Positions 43,651 through 53,377 of a DNA stretch of 64,000 bases are shown piece by piece. Within the stretch, counting starts at the first letter, position 1, and every line of letters begins with the position of its first letter. Origin of the DNA: Prochlorococcus sp. AG-363-C20 (GTDB lineage Bacteria; Cyanobacteriota; Cyanobacteriia; PCC-6307; Cyanobiaceae); contig QCFI01000004.1 in assembly GCA_003280295.1 (NCBI GenBank), positions 9,530 to 73,529 on the forward strand, given 5' to 3'. The notes below the pieces were generated by a model. The model saw nothing but the letters and a program-made list of their open reading frames with translations. It did no database searches and was not told where the DNA came from. Position numbers and translations under genes: made by a program.

Positions 43651-43852
43651 AATTGGACGATCGATAACGTCGCCAGATCAATACTAGCAACTAGCTTGCA
43701 ACCACTAGTGATAACGGGTTTCAGCGATAGAAAGGGAGTAATTCCTCTTCTCCAGTAACGCTCTCAAACACCCAGGAAAGATCTTTTCTTAAGTAATGAT
43801 TATGGAGAGGATCACTTTCCCGAAAAATAATAAAATTCCTTCACTATGTGTT

Positions 43853-44146
43853 TCAACTTAGACCTATCCATGCAGACATGAAATCTGGGATAGGGAGTTT
43901 GGAAGAGATTGTGGATAATAAAGTCATATCGAATTGGTGAACGGCTGGAATGGTGCGATCCAATAGAAAAATCGCGAGATAGGGAATATTCATGGCAATT
44001 TGCCATCGCCATTTGTAAGTCAAAACACCCCATATTTTTTTTGCATAGGTCTTTTGACGATCAGTCATATTTTCCCATTTTCTACTCACCATTTGCTTTA
44101 AACGGTTTTCTAGCCGACCTTCTGATACCCCACCTTGAGATTCCAT
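43853..44146 (-). CDS. Hypothetical membrane protein
   Basis: ITYKWRWQIA-like Trp-rich core (LTYKWRWQIAMNIPY). Confidence 0.75.
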   Translation of the reverse strand: MESQGGVSEGRLENRLKQMVSRKWENMTDRQKTYAKKIWGVLTYKWRWQIAMNIPYLAIFLLDRTIPAVHQFDMTLLSTISSKLPIPDFMSAWIGLS

Positions 44147-44401
44147 TGCTGCATTAGATAAGAAAGACTTTATAGCGCATAGGAGTATTTAATTTCTCGC
44201 TTGAGGTGCAGTTTTTCTTTTGTTAGGCCAATTTTTCTGATTCCTGAAGCTGACTGAATTACGTATTGGTTGTTCTAATAGGACTAAGGTTTGTTTATTA
44301 GTGAGATGGTTTTTTAGCTCTAACAAAAAAACCTTGTGAAATGTGCCCGCCTGTTTGATGGAGATTTTTTAAGGGGAGATTGAGATTTTAATTAACCACC
44401 C

Positions 44402-44452
44402 ACTCCATAAATAGCGTTTTTTTAACTCAAGAAGTTGCCCTATAAGTAGTGC
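44402..44452. promoter_or_regulatory. Tandem NrdR-box-like pair
   Basis: ACTCCATAAATAGCGT and GCCCTATAAGTAGTGC, 35 bp apart. Confidence 0.4.
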
Positions 44453-44562
44453 CTAACTACCGATGACAAATCCCTTGATAGTGATTACTGTTAAGGGACA
44501 TTAGATGATGGGGATCAAACGGTCTTAAAATCTCTTTACTAGATTGGTTTTTTATTGCAAAT

Positions 44563-44676
44563 ATGGAAAATGATTTTGCCGCTACTATTCAGAAATATAT
44601 TTTTTATGTGCTTATAGGCTTTGTTTTTTTCTTCACGCTTAGCTTGGTTGTCTTTCTGATCAAATTGTTCTTCTAA
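44563..44676 (+). CDS. 37-aa Phe-rich single-TM micro-protein
   Basis: MENDFAATIQKYIFYVLIGFVFFFTLSLVVFLIKLFF*. Confidence 0.55.
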   Translation: MENDFAATIQKYIFYVLIGFVFFFTLSLVVFLIKLFF

Positions 44677-44855
44677 ATTTACTAATTTCTTTAGATAAAA
44701 ACTTGTTGATTAATGTCCAATTGATTGCCTTGGCTGGGGATTTGTTTAAGGACAGCTATTTATAGCCACGTTTTTTTCAATAGATCTTCTCGCTTCATTT
44801 TATGTATAGTTGAGGTTTTTATTTTCTTTTAAATGGGGTTGAATCTGAATGCGGG

Positions 44856-45062
44856 ATGATGGATAATTTAGAACAAATGAACGTTATGGGAGAAGCTAAA
44901 AGAAGGAAAGAACAAGGTCTACCCCCTCGGCCAAGAGAAGAAGACAAGAAACCAGATACCCCAAGTATCTTTGCAAGGTATCAGGTTCTACCTTATATCC
45001 TTGCTATTCTTTTTATTGCTTATTTGATTTATGATGTGATTAAGTACTACTCATCTGCTTAA
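44856..45062 (+). CDS. 68-aa C-terminally anchored membrane protein
   Basis: Charged/Pro-rich N-terminus plus one TM helix. Confidence 0.75.
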   Translation: MMDNLEQMNVMGEAKRRKEQGLPPRPREEDKKPDTPSIFARYQVLPYILAILFIAYLIYDVIKYYSSA

Positions 45063-45269
45063 TTGTTGGTTGAGAATAAAGGCAAGAAGAACACTGATCA
45101 ATATCTTTGACAAGCTTTAGATTCGAGTATTGTTATCTGTTAGTTTTGCAGTCATATAATCAGCCTTTTTCTTTTTATTGAAGAATTTGACATTTAATTT
45201 TGGAAAGATGAGATTTCTTGAGTAAGAGAGGTATGAGAATTAGTGAAACTGCAAACTAAGATGTGCATA

Positions 45270-45429
45270 TCACTGGGGAGGCTTCCCCAACAAGGGTTTG
45301 TATCCACCCTTCTTTGAGAAGCAGATGAAGTTGGGTATTTTTTGCTGATGCGTTTCCATTGGTTCCTTTGCTATAGGAAAAATGCAAGCCTTTCGACTTG
45401 TATCCCCCTCGGTCTGAAGGGGGATTTTT
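45270..45429 (+). ncRNA. Candidate structured sRNA (about 160 nt)
   Basis: Serial hairpins ending in ATCCCCCT-N8-AGGGGGAT-TTTT terminator. Confidence 0.5.
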
Positions 45430-45451
45430 AATGTAGGAGTGACTTTCTGGC

Positions 45452-45500
45452 AAAAAAAAGACCCTTGCTTGATGCAACGGGCCTGGGTGATGGGGAACAT
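45452..45500 (-). ncRNA. Candidate short sRNA with C-rich seed
   Basis: GUUCCCCAUCACCCA-GGCCCGUUGC-AUCAA-GCAAGGGUC-U8; 5' end uncertain. Confidence 0.55.
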
Positions 45501-45534
45501 GCTTTCTAAGAGAAATTGCCTAAAAAATCAAGTC

Positions 45535-45590
45535 CTCCTACAAGTAGTGCTTTGAGTCAAGAATTGCTCAGATCGCCCTATATATAGTGC
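45535..45590. promoter_or_regulatory. Tandem NrdR-box-like pair
   Basis: CTCCTACAAGTAGTGC and GCCCTATATATAGTGC, 40 bp apart. Confidence 0.5.
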
Positions 45591-45689
45591 TAGGACTGTT
45601 TTTGAGGCAATTCACCTCTCAATGCTCGAGTGATGTCGATCAATCGATTTGTAAGGAGCATCCTTTGAATAGAGACTGTTTTGTTGAAA

Positions 45690-46007
45690 TCAGCCTAATT
45701 TTGCGAAAAGCTCTTTGTGATAATCAACAACATTTTGACAGCTGATTACTGGAGTCATCTCCATGTCAATCCCAAACTTTGCTCGCCAAGGAGCGAAATG
45801 TGAGAATAACTCCTTGTCACTATTTGCTTTGCAAAGGATTACCACACGTCCTTCCCCTGGAGCATGTACGCGGAACAGCATTTCAAAACCATCAAAATGG
45901 TCTTGTTTTGCCATCTCACCACTTTCCCAGAGGTCAATAAATTGCCTGTAAGCAGCAACTTGGTTTTCGATATCTGGGAACTGTGCATCAACAAGATAAA
46001 GCTGCAT
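45690..46007 (-). CDS. DUF3303-like protein
   Basis: FRVHAPGEG..V.LC.A..D..LF.HFAPW......EMTPV. Confidence 0.82.
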   Translation of the reverse strand: MQLYLVDAQFPDIENQVAAYRQFIDLWESGEMAKQDHFDGFEMLFRVHAPGEGRVVILCKANSDKELFSHFAPWRAKFGIDMEMTPVISCQNVVDYHKELFAKLG

Positions 46008-46797
46008 TTTGTTAGGTTTAAATCCTAGTTATTAGATCACTTTTTTTGAAAAAATTGTATTAGTCTCCAATTCCTGACAAGTGGCAGATGGGCGATTAAA
46101 GCAAGTATCTCTATACATGGTCAATGCTAGAAGCATATATTTAGAACTTCATATGAATTTTGATGGCTGCAAAATCAATTATGGCCTGCTTTCTTGATGT
46201 TTATTCCTGATATTTTAAATCGCATTTATTATTCGGAAATGTCATTAAACTGAAGGCTCAATGGAGAGTATGCTCTTACTTATATGCATTGATCTTTATA
46301 AGTAGAATTTAAACTTAGAGAATAAATATTAATTAAGCATATTAGTAATTTGAATATTTTTTGGTTAACATGGTTTTTAGAACTTAAGTCTCTCTTTTGT
46401 CTTTGGATGTAGTTCTGATATGGCTTACATTCTTTATAAAGTTAACATAGCTTGTTTATTTTTCTTCTGAAATATTATCTATTTATAGAAAATCCATAGT
46501 TGTTTTATTGCTTTGTCAATGAAGCTAAACTCTAGAAGAATGATAAGGAGGATGAGAATATTTCACTTAAATGCTTTCTAGAATGATTGCTTTTAAAGGG
46601 TTCTACTAGATTCCCTCTTGCTTTTGATACTTTGATAAAGGCTAAAGAATGGACTCTATTCTTAATCTGCTATTTAAAGGCTATTTAAGACATGAGATCC
46701 TGATAAGAATTGCTAGTTCACAAACGATAAAGAATAAACAAGATTATCTTGATTCATATGCCATAATTAATTTTAAATTAATTTCATATCCCGTTTC

Positions 46798-46998
46798 ATG
46801 GCAAGCTCCAGCAATAAAAGCGAACAGTCTCGTTTTTTAGGTGACCTCCCTATGGCCGGGGAAATCAGCGATGTTGAACGTATTCGTGTGATTTCGCATC
46901 TTATGTTCTTTGGCGGCTGCGCCCTACTTTCGTTTGGTGTTTGGGCCCTTTCTGGTTTTACTTCTGCAGCAGGCCAAAGCGGACCTTTCCCTTTCTGA
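46798..46998 (+). CDS. 66-aa single-TM protein
   Basis: GC-richer coding-like frame; TM helix plus C-terminal GPFPF. Confidence 0.75.
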   Translation: MASSSNKSEQSRFLGDLPMAGEISDVERIRVISHLMFFGGCALLSFGVWALSGFTSAAGQSGPFPF

Positions 46999-47159
46999 TT
47001 TCCTAACCACAGGGTCAGGCCGGGACAGATGAAAATACCTCTACGAGGTATTGAATAATTTATTGTGCGAAAAATTAAATGATAATAAATTCGTATAATC
47101 AACTAGAATTACCACAAAGAAAAATTAGACTTTTACTATAAGCACTACCTAAATTATCC

Positions 47160-47411
47160 TTACATATTTAGTTTTTCATCTCTATCGTTTAAAAGTATTC
47201 CAAGCCATTTGGCAGCAAGTCCACGTGAGATTGAGCGAGTACGAAGAAAATCACAAATAACTTGATATAAAGGTCCTGAGTTGGTTTCAGAATTGAACCA
47301 GCTTTCGAAATTCAATATTTCCTCTTGTGTTTTGCAAGCTCGCAGTTGATCAACGATGGCGTCACGAACGCCTCTGCTCATTGATTCGACAGGCCTTTGT
47401 GTTGTGATCAT
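47160..47411 (-). CDS. Conserved hypothetical protein
   Basis: GPLY.VICDFLR.RSISRGLAAKWL. Confidence 0.8.
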   Translation of the reverse strand: MITTQRPVESMSRGVRDAIVDQLRACKTQEEILNFESWFNSETNSGPLYQVICDFLRTRSISRGLAAKWLGILLNDRDEKLNM

Positions 47412-47607
47412 TAGTGACTTAAGAAGTCGGCCTTTTGGCCTGCTTCTTTACTATTAGCTCTTTTTATGTCTTTAGCGCTACTGAAGCTTTACTTTTTGTT
47501 CGATGGCTTATGAAATCAAATTTTTAAACACTTCCTTTTTTGTGAGTACTTTCACTGATAAGGAAGTGCTAAAGGTTCTTTTTGAGAAATTTTTAGGACT
47601 TAATCAT

Positions 47608-49914
47608 TTAGCTAGTTGGCTTTGCTAAAGGAAGTAAACACTTGTCTGAATCGCATCCAGCTGGTCCTGCTTCAGTGAGTTCTCCTTCGTCATAACGACT
47701 CAAGGCTTCAAAGAAGTTTGTGCTAATTCTTCTTTTATAGACCTCTGATTGCAGTCGTTCATATGTTTCTGCATTGATAGGTTCAAAAGGCAATCTTGGG
47801 AATGTCGCATTCGAATCAAATCTCGCTAAGAGTGCAGCAGAGATATACCCGTTATTATTTTCTATGGCTTGATACAAGGCATTTGCAACAGATTGAATTT
47901 CATGTTCACGGAACTCGATAGTTGCCGAAGTGTTGTGTTCGGTGTAATGACGTTGAACTTGCATATAGAAATCAAATTGAGCAAGAGCTGAGAAGCTATT
48001 GATGTCAATTTCATCTGCTCCTGGCAAGTTTGCCCAGTTGACTTCAGTAGGGATCTCTACAAGCCATTCTGTGCAACGTGAATCGAATGGGTCATCTAGT
48101 AACCGACCATGTTCAGTCTTGTCAGATTGAGACGGTACAACCGTATATCCATAATCCATACAAGCCATGGCTACTGGATCATTTTTGCGGAAAGTTATCC
48201 TCCGAATAAATCGTTGGGCTTTAGGGGGATGCCAACCAGGGGAGGCCCCTGTCAGGAGACTTTTGGTTCCTGCTGGTTGGACGGTGGTGCATCTGTTAGG
48301 ACGATTTAGGCCGTGCCTATCGCAGTAATCCCAGACTGTTTCCTTTACGATTTTTTTCCAACTATTTAAATATTGTTCTTCCTGTTGTTTAAAGATTAGT
48401 CCTTTTTCTGTGTTAGGCCTTCCCTCTTCCCACCACTTCAGCCAGGGTGTACCAAAAGCATTTACAAAAAAGTCAAAAAGGCCGGTAAAGCTGACTCCAA
48501 CAATTGGATCCCATTCACGACTTTTTCGGTATCGCTCAACTTCGAAATTATGGTTGAGTAGGCAAGCTACCGAAAGAGCTGCGGCTGTGAATGCATCCGT
48601 TAGGTCTTTCTCGTCAGAAGGATCAATTTGATTGAGGTGGACTTCGGCTAAATTGCAATGGAAATCACCCCCCAGAATTTCCCCACAAGGGTTTAGCCCA
48701 TATCGACCTAGCCGATGTTCTAATTCAGTTTTATTAATGGGTCCGTGGTTCATTTGTAACCAGCGACTCGCTTCTTCCTTCCCTTGGTCGCAATAAATAT
48801 CTATGAACTCAGCTTTTAGCTCTGGTGTATTTAAAAGGTCAGCATTAGAGCGTGCGATTGCTTCAGGTGCAAATTGAATAGCGCCTTCCCCTGACTGGAA
48901 CTGTCTTGTAACTGCTTCGACAATGACTTCTAAACTTGGGCGAGTGTGATAAACACGCGTGTGGTTTGCCATTCGAAGAGCATCTTTTTCTGGGTCTATA
49001 CTCCAATTACCTTCGGCATCTTGTTGCCAAAGGTTTTCTTTAGCACTTGCGGCAACTAAGTCATCAGCTGAGAACTGACGCATCCCCGCACTTCGTCTGA
49101 TGTTCCCGGCAACAATTGTTACAGCTGCCTCATCGATCAAGAGACAACACTCAACTGAGGAAAGTCTTCTTCCAACTGCCTTGTTAAGTAAACGGGCTAC
49201 TCGTCCATAAAGATCCTTTAGCTTTACTGGGTTAGCCATTCCGCCAAACCCCTTTAGAGACTCTCCAACAGGCCTTACATCTGATAAGTCAATGAACAAT
49301 TGAATTTCATTTTTGGAGAAGCGCTCATCGCTGCTTAATTCTAGAAGTAATTCATAGCTATCAACCCATCCACGCCGACTATCTCCAACTTTTATAAATA
49401 CCTCATTCCCTGTGATTTTATAACTAGTTCTTTCTTGTCTTTGAGAGGCAGGCGTGATGCCAATTTTTGAAATATTTTTAATTTTTATAGGGTTAATTAC
49501 AACAGGTAGTTGATTTATGAGATGCGGTTCTATAACAGCTCCTGTTCCGCACCCCATCATGGCGAGATCCATCATGAGTGCAAAGGCTTTCCAATCCACC
49601 AGATTTGTAGAGGTGCAGTTGTAAGCCCCTGAAAAATTTTGCTCTTTCTCTATCCATGGGGTCCCACCAATCCAAAGCCATCTGCCTGAGGGCAGTGCCT
49701 TTTTATCAGCTTGCATACGAGCCAGCAGGGCCATTTCATCTTGATTTAGTTGGCCGAGTTGTTGTAAACCTTCGAGATTTCTTTTCCCTACTTCGCTCCA
49801 GCTCTCTCTACCTGATGCTGTCTTTCGACTATAAGTTCTGTAAAAGACAGGATTTGCCGCTGGTGCTGTGGTGGGGAAATCAGCAAGATTATTGCCAACT
49901 TTCAAGGTAGGCAT
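47608..49914 (-). CDS. nrdJ: Class II (B12-dependent) ribonucleotide reductase
   Basis: PVFYRTYSR, PSGRWLW, YNCTS, NPCGE, VQPAGTKS, C-terminal GCDSDKC; ATG 49914 preferred start. Confidence 0.97.
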   Translation of the reverse strand: MPTLKVGNNLADFPTTAPAANPVFYRTYSRKTASGRESWSEVGKRNLEGLQQLGQLNQDEMALLARMQADKKALPSGRWLWIGGTPWIEKEQNFSGAYNCTSTNLVDWKAFALMMDLAMMGCGTGAVIEPHLINQLPVVINPIKIKNISKIGITPASQRQERTSYKITGNEVFIKVGDSRRGWVDSYELLLELSSDERFSKNEIQLFIDLSDVRPVGESLKGFGGMANPVKLKDLYGRVARLLNKAVGRRLSSVECCLLIDEAAVTIVAGNIRRSAGMRQFSADDLVAASAKENLWQQDAEGNWSIDPEKDALRMANHTRVYHTRPSLEVIVEAVTRQFQSGEGAIQFAPEAIARSNADLLNTPELKAEFIDIYCDQGKEEASRWLQMNHGPINKTELEHRLGRYGLNPCGEILGGDFHCNLAEVHLNQIDPSDEKDLTDAFTAAALSVACLLNHNFEVERYRKSREWDPIVGVSFTGLFDFFVNAFGTPWLKWWEEGRPNTEKGLIFKQQEEQYLNSWKKIVKETVWDYCDRHGLNRPNRCTTVQPAGTKSLLTGASPGWHPPKAQRFIRRITFRKNDPVAMACMDYGYTVVPSQSDKTEHGRLLDDPFDSRCTEWLVEIPTEVNWANLPGADEIDINSFSALAQFDFYMQVQRHYTEHNTSATIEFREHEIQSVANALYQAIENNNGYISAALLARFDSNATFPRLPFEPINAETYERLQSEVYKRRISTNFFEALSRYDEGELTEAGPAGCDSDKCLLPLAKPTS

Positions 49915-49979
49915 GACGATTTCGGGTTTGTTAGGGGTAAGTGTCAAGTTCAGCAATTCGCATAAGTATCGGCACGCTA

Positions 49980-50026
49980 ACGCCACTAATGGGGGTGGCA
50001 AGTTTTTTTAACACCATCTGCAGTGG
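49980..50026. promoter_or_regulatory. Tandem NrdR boxes of nrdJ
   Basis: ACGCCACTAATGGGGG and ACACCATCTGCAGTGG, 31 bp apart, upstream of nrdJ. Confidence 0.7.
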
Positions 50027-50757
50027 TTAGAGCAGAATCCAAGGAGAACACATGTATGTGTATGAAACGACTTCCAGAGCCAGAATTAATGCAAAATCCT
50101 CTTCAGGTGCAGGCCTATTCTGAAGCTGATTTTTCTAATAGTGATGCTTTGTTGATACGACGCATTGAGGAATACCTCTTGGTTAAGGGCAAGCAAATTG
50201 ACTCTAAAAGTTTAATAATTGATTTAGGATGTGGCCCTGGGAATATTACTGAACTTCTTAGTCGAAGTTGGCCTTCAGTGAGGGTTTTTGGTATTGATGG
50301 ATCCGGGCCGATGTTGGCGGAGGCTCGCAATAGGAAAGATAGAAGAAAGTCTTTTAATGACCTCAGAAATGTTAGTTATTTCTGTTGGAATCTTTTATCA
50401 ATAGCCGATGGAACAATCAATTTTAAAGGAACAGGTGATTTGATTGTTAGTAATAGTCTATTGCATCATTTTCATGATCCCAGTCAATTCTGGAAAGCTC
50501 TCAAATCCATGTCCAGTAAAGGGTCTATTACCTTTCATCGCGATTTACGTAGACCCTCTTCAATGGATGAGGCAAAAGCTTTACAAAAGATGTATCTTCC
50601 AGATTCCCCAGAAGTTCTGATTAATGATTATTTAGCTTCATTGCAGGCTGCCTTTACGGTAGAAGAGGTAAAAACTCAGCTTCATATAGAAGGACTAGAT
50701 CATCTCAGTGTTTATGAGGTGGAGGATCGTTATCTTGAAGTGGTTGGAATTTTTTGA
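50023..50757 (+). CDS. Class I SAM-dependent methyltransferase
   Basis: PEPELM, DLGCGPG, SNSLLHH; true start probably MKRLPEP. Confidence 0.9.
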   Translation: MVRAESKENTCMCMKRLPEPELMQNPLQVQAYSEADFSNSDALLIRRIEEYLLVKGKQIDSKSLIIDLGCGPGNITELLSRSWPSVRVFGIDGSGPMLAEARNRKDRRKSFNDLRNVSYFCWNLLSIADGTINFKGTGDLIVSNSLLHHFHDPSQFWKALKSMSSKGSITFHRDLRRPSSMDEAKALQKMYLPDSPEVLINDYLASLQAAFTVEEVKTQLHIEGLDHLSVYEVEDRYLEVVGIF

Positions 50758-50790
50758 AAAACAACGCTTAAAGCTGATTCTCTCCAAAAA

Positions 50791-52461
50791 TTGATGATTC
50801 AAGCTAATTCAGTCGAAAAATCTTCCTCATCCAATCCAGATGACTTCTTTGCAAAAGCGCTTGCAGCGGAAGTTAGTAAACGCAGAAATTTTGCAATTAT
50901 TTCTCACCCAGATGCTGGAAAGACCACTCTTACAGAAAAATTATTGCTATATGGAGGAGCTATTCAACAAGCAGGCGCAGTAAAAGCAAGAGGTGAACAG
51001 CGAAAAGTTACTTCCGATTGGATGGAACTTGAGAAACAAAGAGGAATATCTATTACATCTACAGTTTTACAATTCGACTACGGTGATACGACTATCAATC
51101 TTTTAGATACACCTGGTCATCAAGACTTTTCTGAAGATACTTATCGCACCCTTGCAGCTGCAGATAATGCGGTAATGCTTGAAGATGCTGCAAAAGGACT
51201 TGAACCACAGACGAGAAAACTTTTTGAAGTTTGTCGCATGAGACATATACCTATTTTTACTTTTATCAACAAAATGGATAGACCTGGGCAAGAGCCTCTT
51301 GCTTTGTTAGATGAGATTGAATCTGAACTTGAGCTATTACCTTGGGCTGTTAATTGGCCGATAGGCAGTGGAGAACAATTTCGTGGTGTGATTGATCGAA
51401 GGTCTAAAGAAGTAGTGCTTTTTAGTCGTGCAGAAAGAGGGAAGCAATCAAGTGAGCGGCGTTTAAAACTTGATGATCCAAAATTACAAACTTTGGTTGA
51501 GGATGAACTTTTGGAGAAGGCCTTAGAGGAGCTTGAATTGCTTGAAGCTGCTGGCACAGTAATGGATGAGGAGCTTATTCACGCAGGAGAATTGACTCCT
51601 GTTTTTTTTGGATCGGCCATGACAAATTTTGGGGTCAGACCTTTCCTTGATGCTTTCTTGGAGATGGCACAATTACCTGTTGCACGTAATAGCAGTGACG
51701 GTCCAATAGATCCTTTAGATCCAAACTTTAGTGGCTTTGTATTTAAACTTCAGGCAAATATGGACCCTAGACATCGAGATAGAGTTGCATTTGTTCGTGT
51801 ATGTAGTGGACGTTTTGAAAAAGATATGACAGTACGTCATGCAAGAAGTGGAAAAAATATTCGATTGTCTAGACCTCAAAAGATTTTTGGCCAAGATCGT
51901 GCAGTTGTAGATAATGCATATCCAGGGGATGTTATTGGGTTAAATAATCCTGGAATGTTTGCGATTGGGGACACTTTGTATAAAGGTCAATATGTTGAAT
52001 ATGAAGGGATCCCGTGCTTTAGCCCTGAAATATTTAGTTGGTTACGGAATCCAAACCCATCGGCTTTCAAGAATTTCAGGAAAGGAGTCAACGAGTTAAG
52101 AGAAGAAGGTGCTATTCAGATTCTTTATGATACTGATCAAAGTAAGCGTGATCCTATCTTGGCTGCGGTAGGTCAGCTTCAATTGGAAGTTGTTCAACAT
52201 CGCTTGGAGAATGAATATGGTGTTACTACACGTTTGGATCCCATGGGATTTCAGGTGGCACGGTGGGTAAGTGGTGGGTGGAAAGCCTTGGATGAATTAG
52301 GTCGTATCTTTAATTGCAAAACAGTTCAGGATGCCTGGCAAAGACCTGTTTTGTTGTTTAAGAATGATTGGAACCTTAATCAATTACAGGAAGATCATCC
52401 TGACTTAGCACTATGCGCGGTGGCTCCAGTCGTCAGTGGTGTGGACCCGATAAAACTTTAA
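50791..52461 (+). CDS. prfC: Peptide chain release factor 3
   Basis: [37 protein letters not shown]. Confidence 0.98.
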   Translation: MMIQANSVEKSSSSNPDDFFAKALAAEVSKRRNFAIISHPDAGKTTLTEKLLLYGGAIQQAGAVKARGEQRKVTSDWMELEKQRGISITSTVLQFDYGDTTINLLDTPGHQDFSEDTYRTLAAADNAVMLEDAAKGLEPQTRKLFEVCRMRHIPIFTFINKMDRPGQEPLALLDEIESELELLPWAVNWPIGSGEQFRGVIDRRSKEVVLFSRAERGKQSSERRLKLDDPKLQTLVEDELLEKALEELELLEAAGTVMDEELIHAGELTPVFFGSAMTNFGVRPFLDAFLEMAQLPVARNSSDGPIDPLDPNFSGFVFKLQANMDPRHRDRVAFVRVCSGRFEKDMTVRHARSGKNIRLSRPQKIFGQDRAVVDNAYPGDVIGLNNPGMFAIGDTLYKGQYVEYEGIPCFSPEIFSWLRNPNPSAFKNFRKGVNELREEGAIQILYDTDQSKRDPILAAVGQLQLEVVQHRLENEYGVTTRLDPMGFQVARWVSGGWKALDELGRIFNCKTVQDAWQRPVLLFKNDWNLNQLQEDHPDLALCAVAPVVSGVDPIKL

Positions 52462-52636
52462 TTAGTTTCTATCAAGGTGTTTTAGGTCAAGTAGGAGTTT
52501 TTTTAGGAATGGCTATCTTTTTAGAAACTATTCGAGTTGCAGCTATCAATTTGTGATAAGGCTTTGCTATTTTTGTAATGAAATCTAATCAATCCTTTGA
52601 AATTTTTTTCTAAGGGTCTCCATTTAACAGATTCTT

Positions 52637-53326
52637 ATGGCTTCGGGCATAAATTCTAGTTCGAATCCAGGGGCGCAAGACCCTTATGCCACTCTTGGAG
52701 TAGAGCCTGATGCAAGTTTTGATGAAGTTCAGAAAGCTAGAGAAAAGAGATTAGGTGAGGCTGGCGAAGACCCATTAGCAAAGGCAAAGATTGAAGATTC
52801 TTATGATGCATTGTTGATGGTCAGTCTTAAAGAAAGACAGCTTGGGAAAGTAAGCAATGCAGCAGTAAGTGCTTCGAAGAGAGAGGATCGCAATATTGAT
52901 TTAGTGGATAGGAAGGACAATTCATTCTTGTCAAGTTTGAAAGGCCTCAATTATTCCAATACAGAATCTTCTGATCAGATATTTAGGCTTAATTTATCCC
53001 TGCCAGAAGGACAAGGCTTAACAATAAGAATTGCATTGGGATTGCTTGCACTCATTCTAACTCTAGCCTCTCCGAAGGAAAGTACTCAAGTAATACTTTC
53101 TTTGTCTACGTTAGGACTATTCATTAGTCAAGTTCGGAGGGGTCGGAGGCCTTTAGCTTCTTTGGGCTGGAGTGTTGTATTGCTTTCTATTGGGTTAATT
53201 CTTGGAGGTCTATTAGTTAATGGAATGCCTGACTCATCGGTTTTAAAAACTACTATCTCTAGAGAACATTTTGAGGCATTGCCAGCAGTTGTTTTGATTT
53301 GGCTAGGTTCCCTTTTGCTTGCATAG
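52637..53326 (+). CDS. CPP1-like (DUF3353) J-like membrane protein
   Basis: DPYATLGV..DASFDEV, IE.SYDALLM; C-terminal TM helices. Confidence 0.85.
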   Translation: MASGINSSSNPGAQDPYATLGVEPDASFDEVQKAREKRLGEAGEDPLAKAKIEDSYDALLMVSLKERQLGKVSNAAVSASKREDRNIDLVDRKDNSFLSSLKGLNYSNTESSDQIFRLNLSLPEGQGLTIRIALGLLALILTLASPKESTQVILSLSTLGLFISQVRRGRRPLASLGWSVVLLSIGLILGGLLVNGMPDSSVLKTTISREHFEALPAVVLIWLGSLLLA

Positions 53327-53377
53327 GTGGTTTGATATTAATTTAATTTGTGAAATTCAATCTAATAATAATGCTTA

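Noticed and set aside
45256-45500. Two overlapping minus-strand track ORFs
   Set aside because: Both run through a strong hairpin-U8 terminator or RNA stems; likely spurious.
46649-47102. Track ORFs 46649-46840 and 46773-47102
   Set aside because: Shadows of the better gene at 46798-46998.
43650-47600. Glutamine-II (Downstream-peptide/Yfr6) riboswitch, which I recall near trnS-nrdJ in relatives
   Set aside because: I found no CGTTCA...GGAACG pair in non-coding sequence by eye; an Infernal scan would settle it.
49915-50001. N-terminal extension of nrdJ in the track
   Set aside because: It overlaps the NrdR boxes and promoter; ATG 49914 is preferred. No intein was evident in nrdJ.
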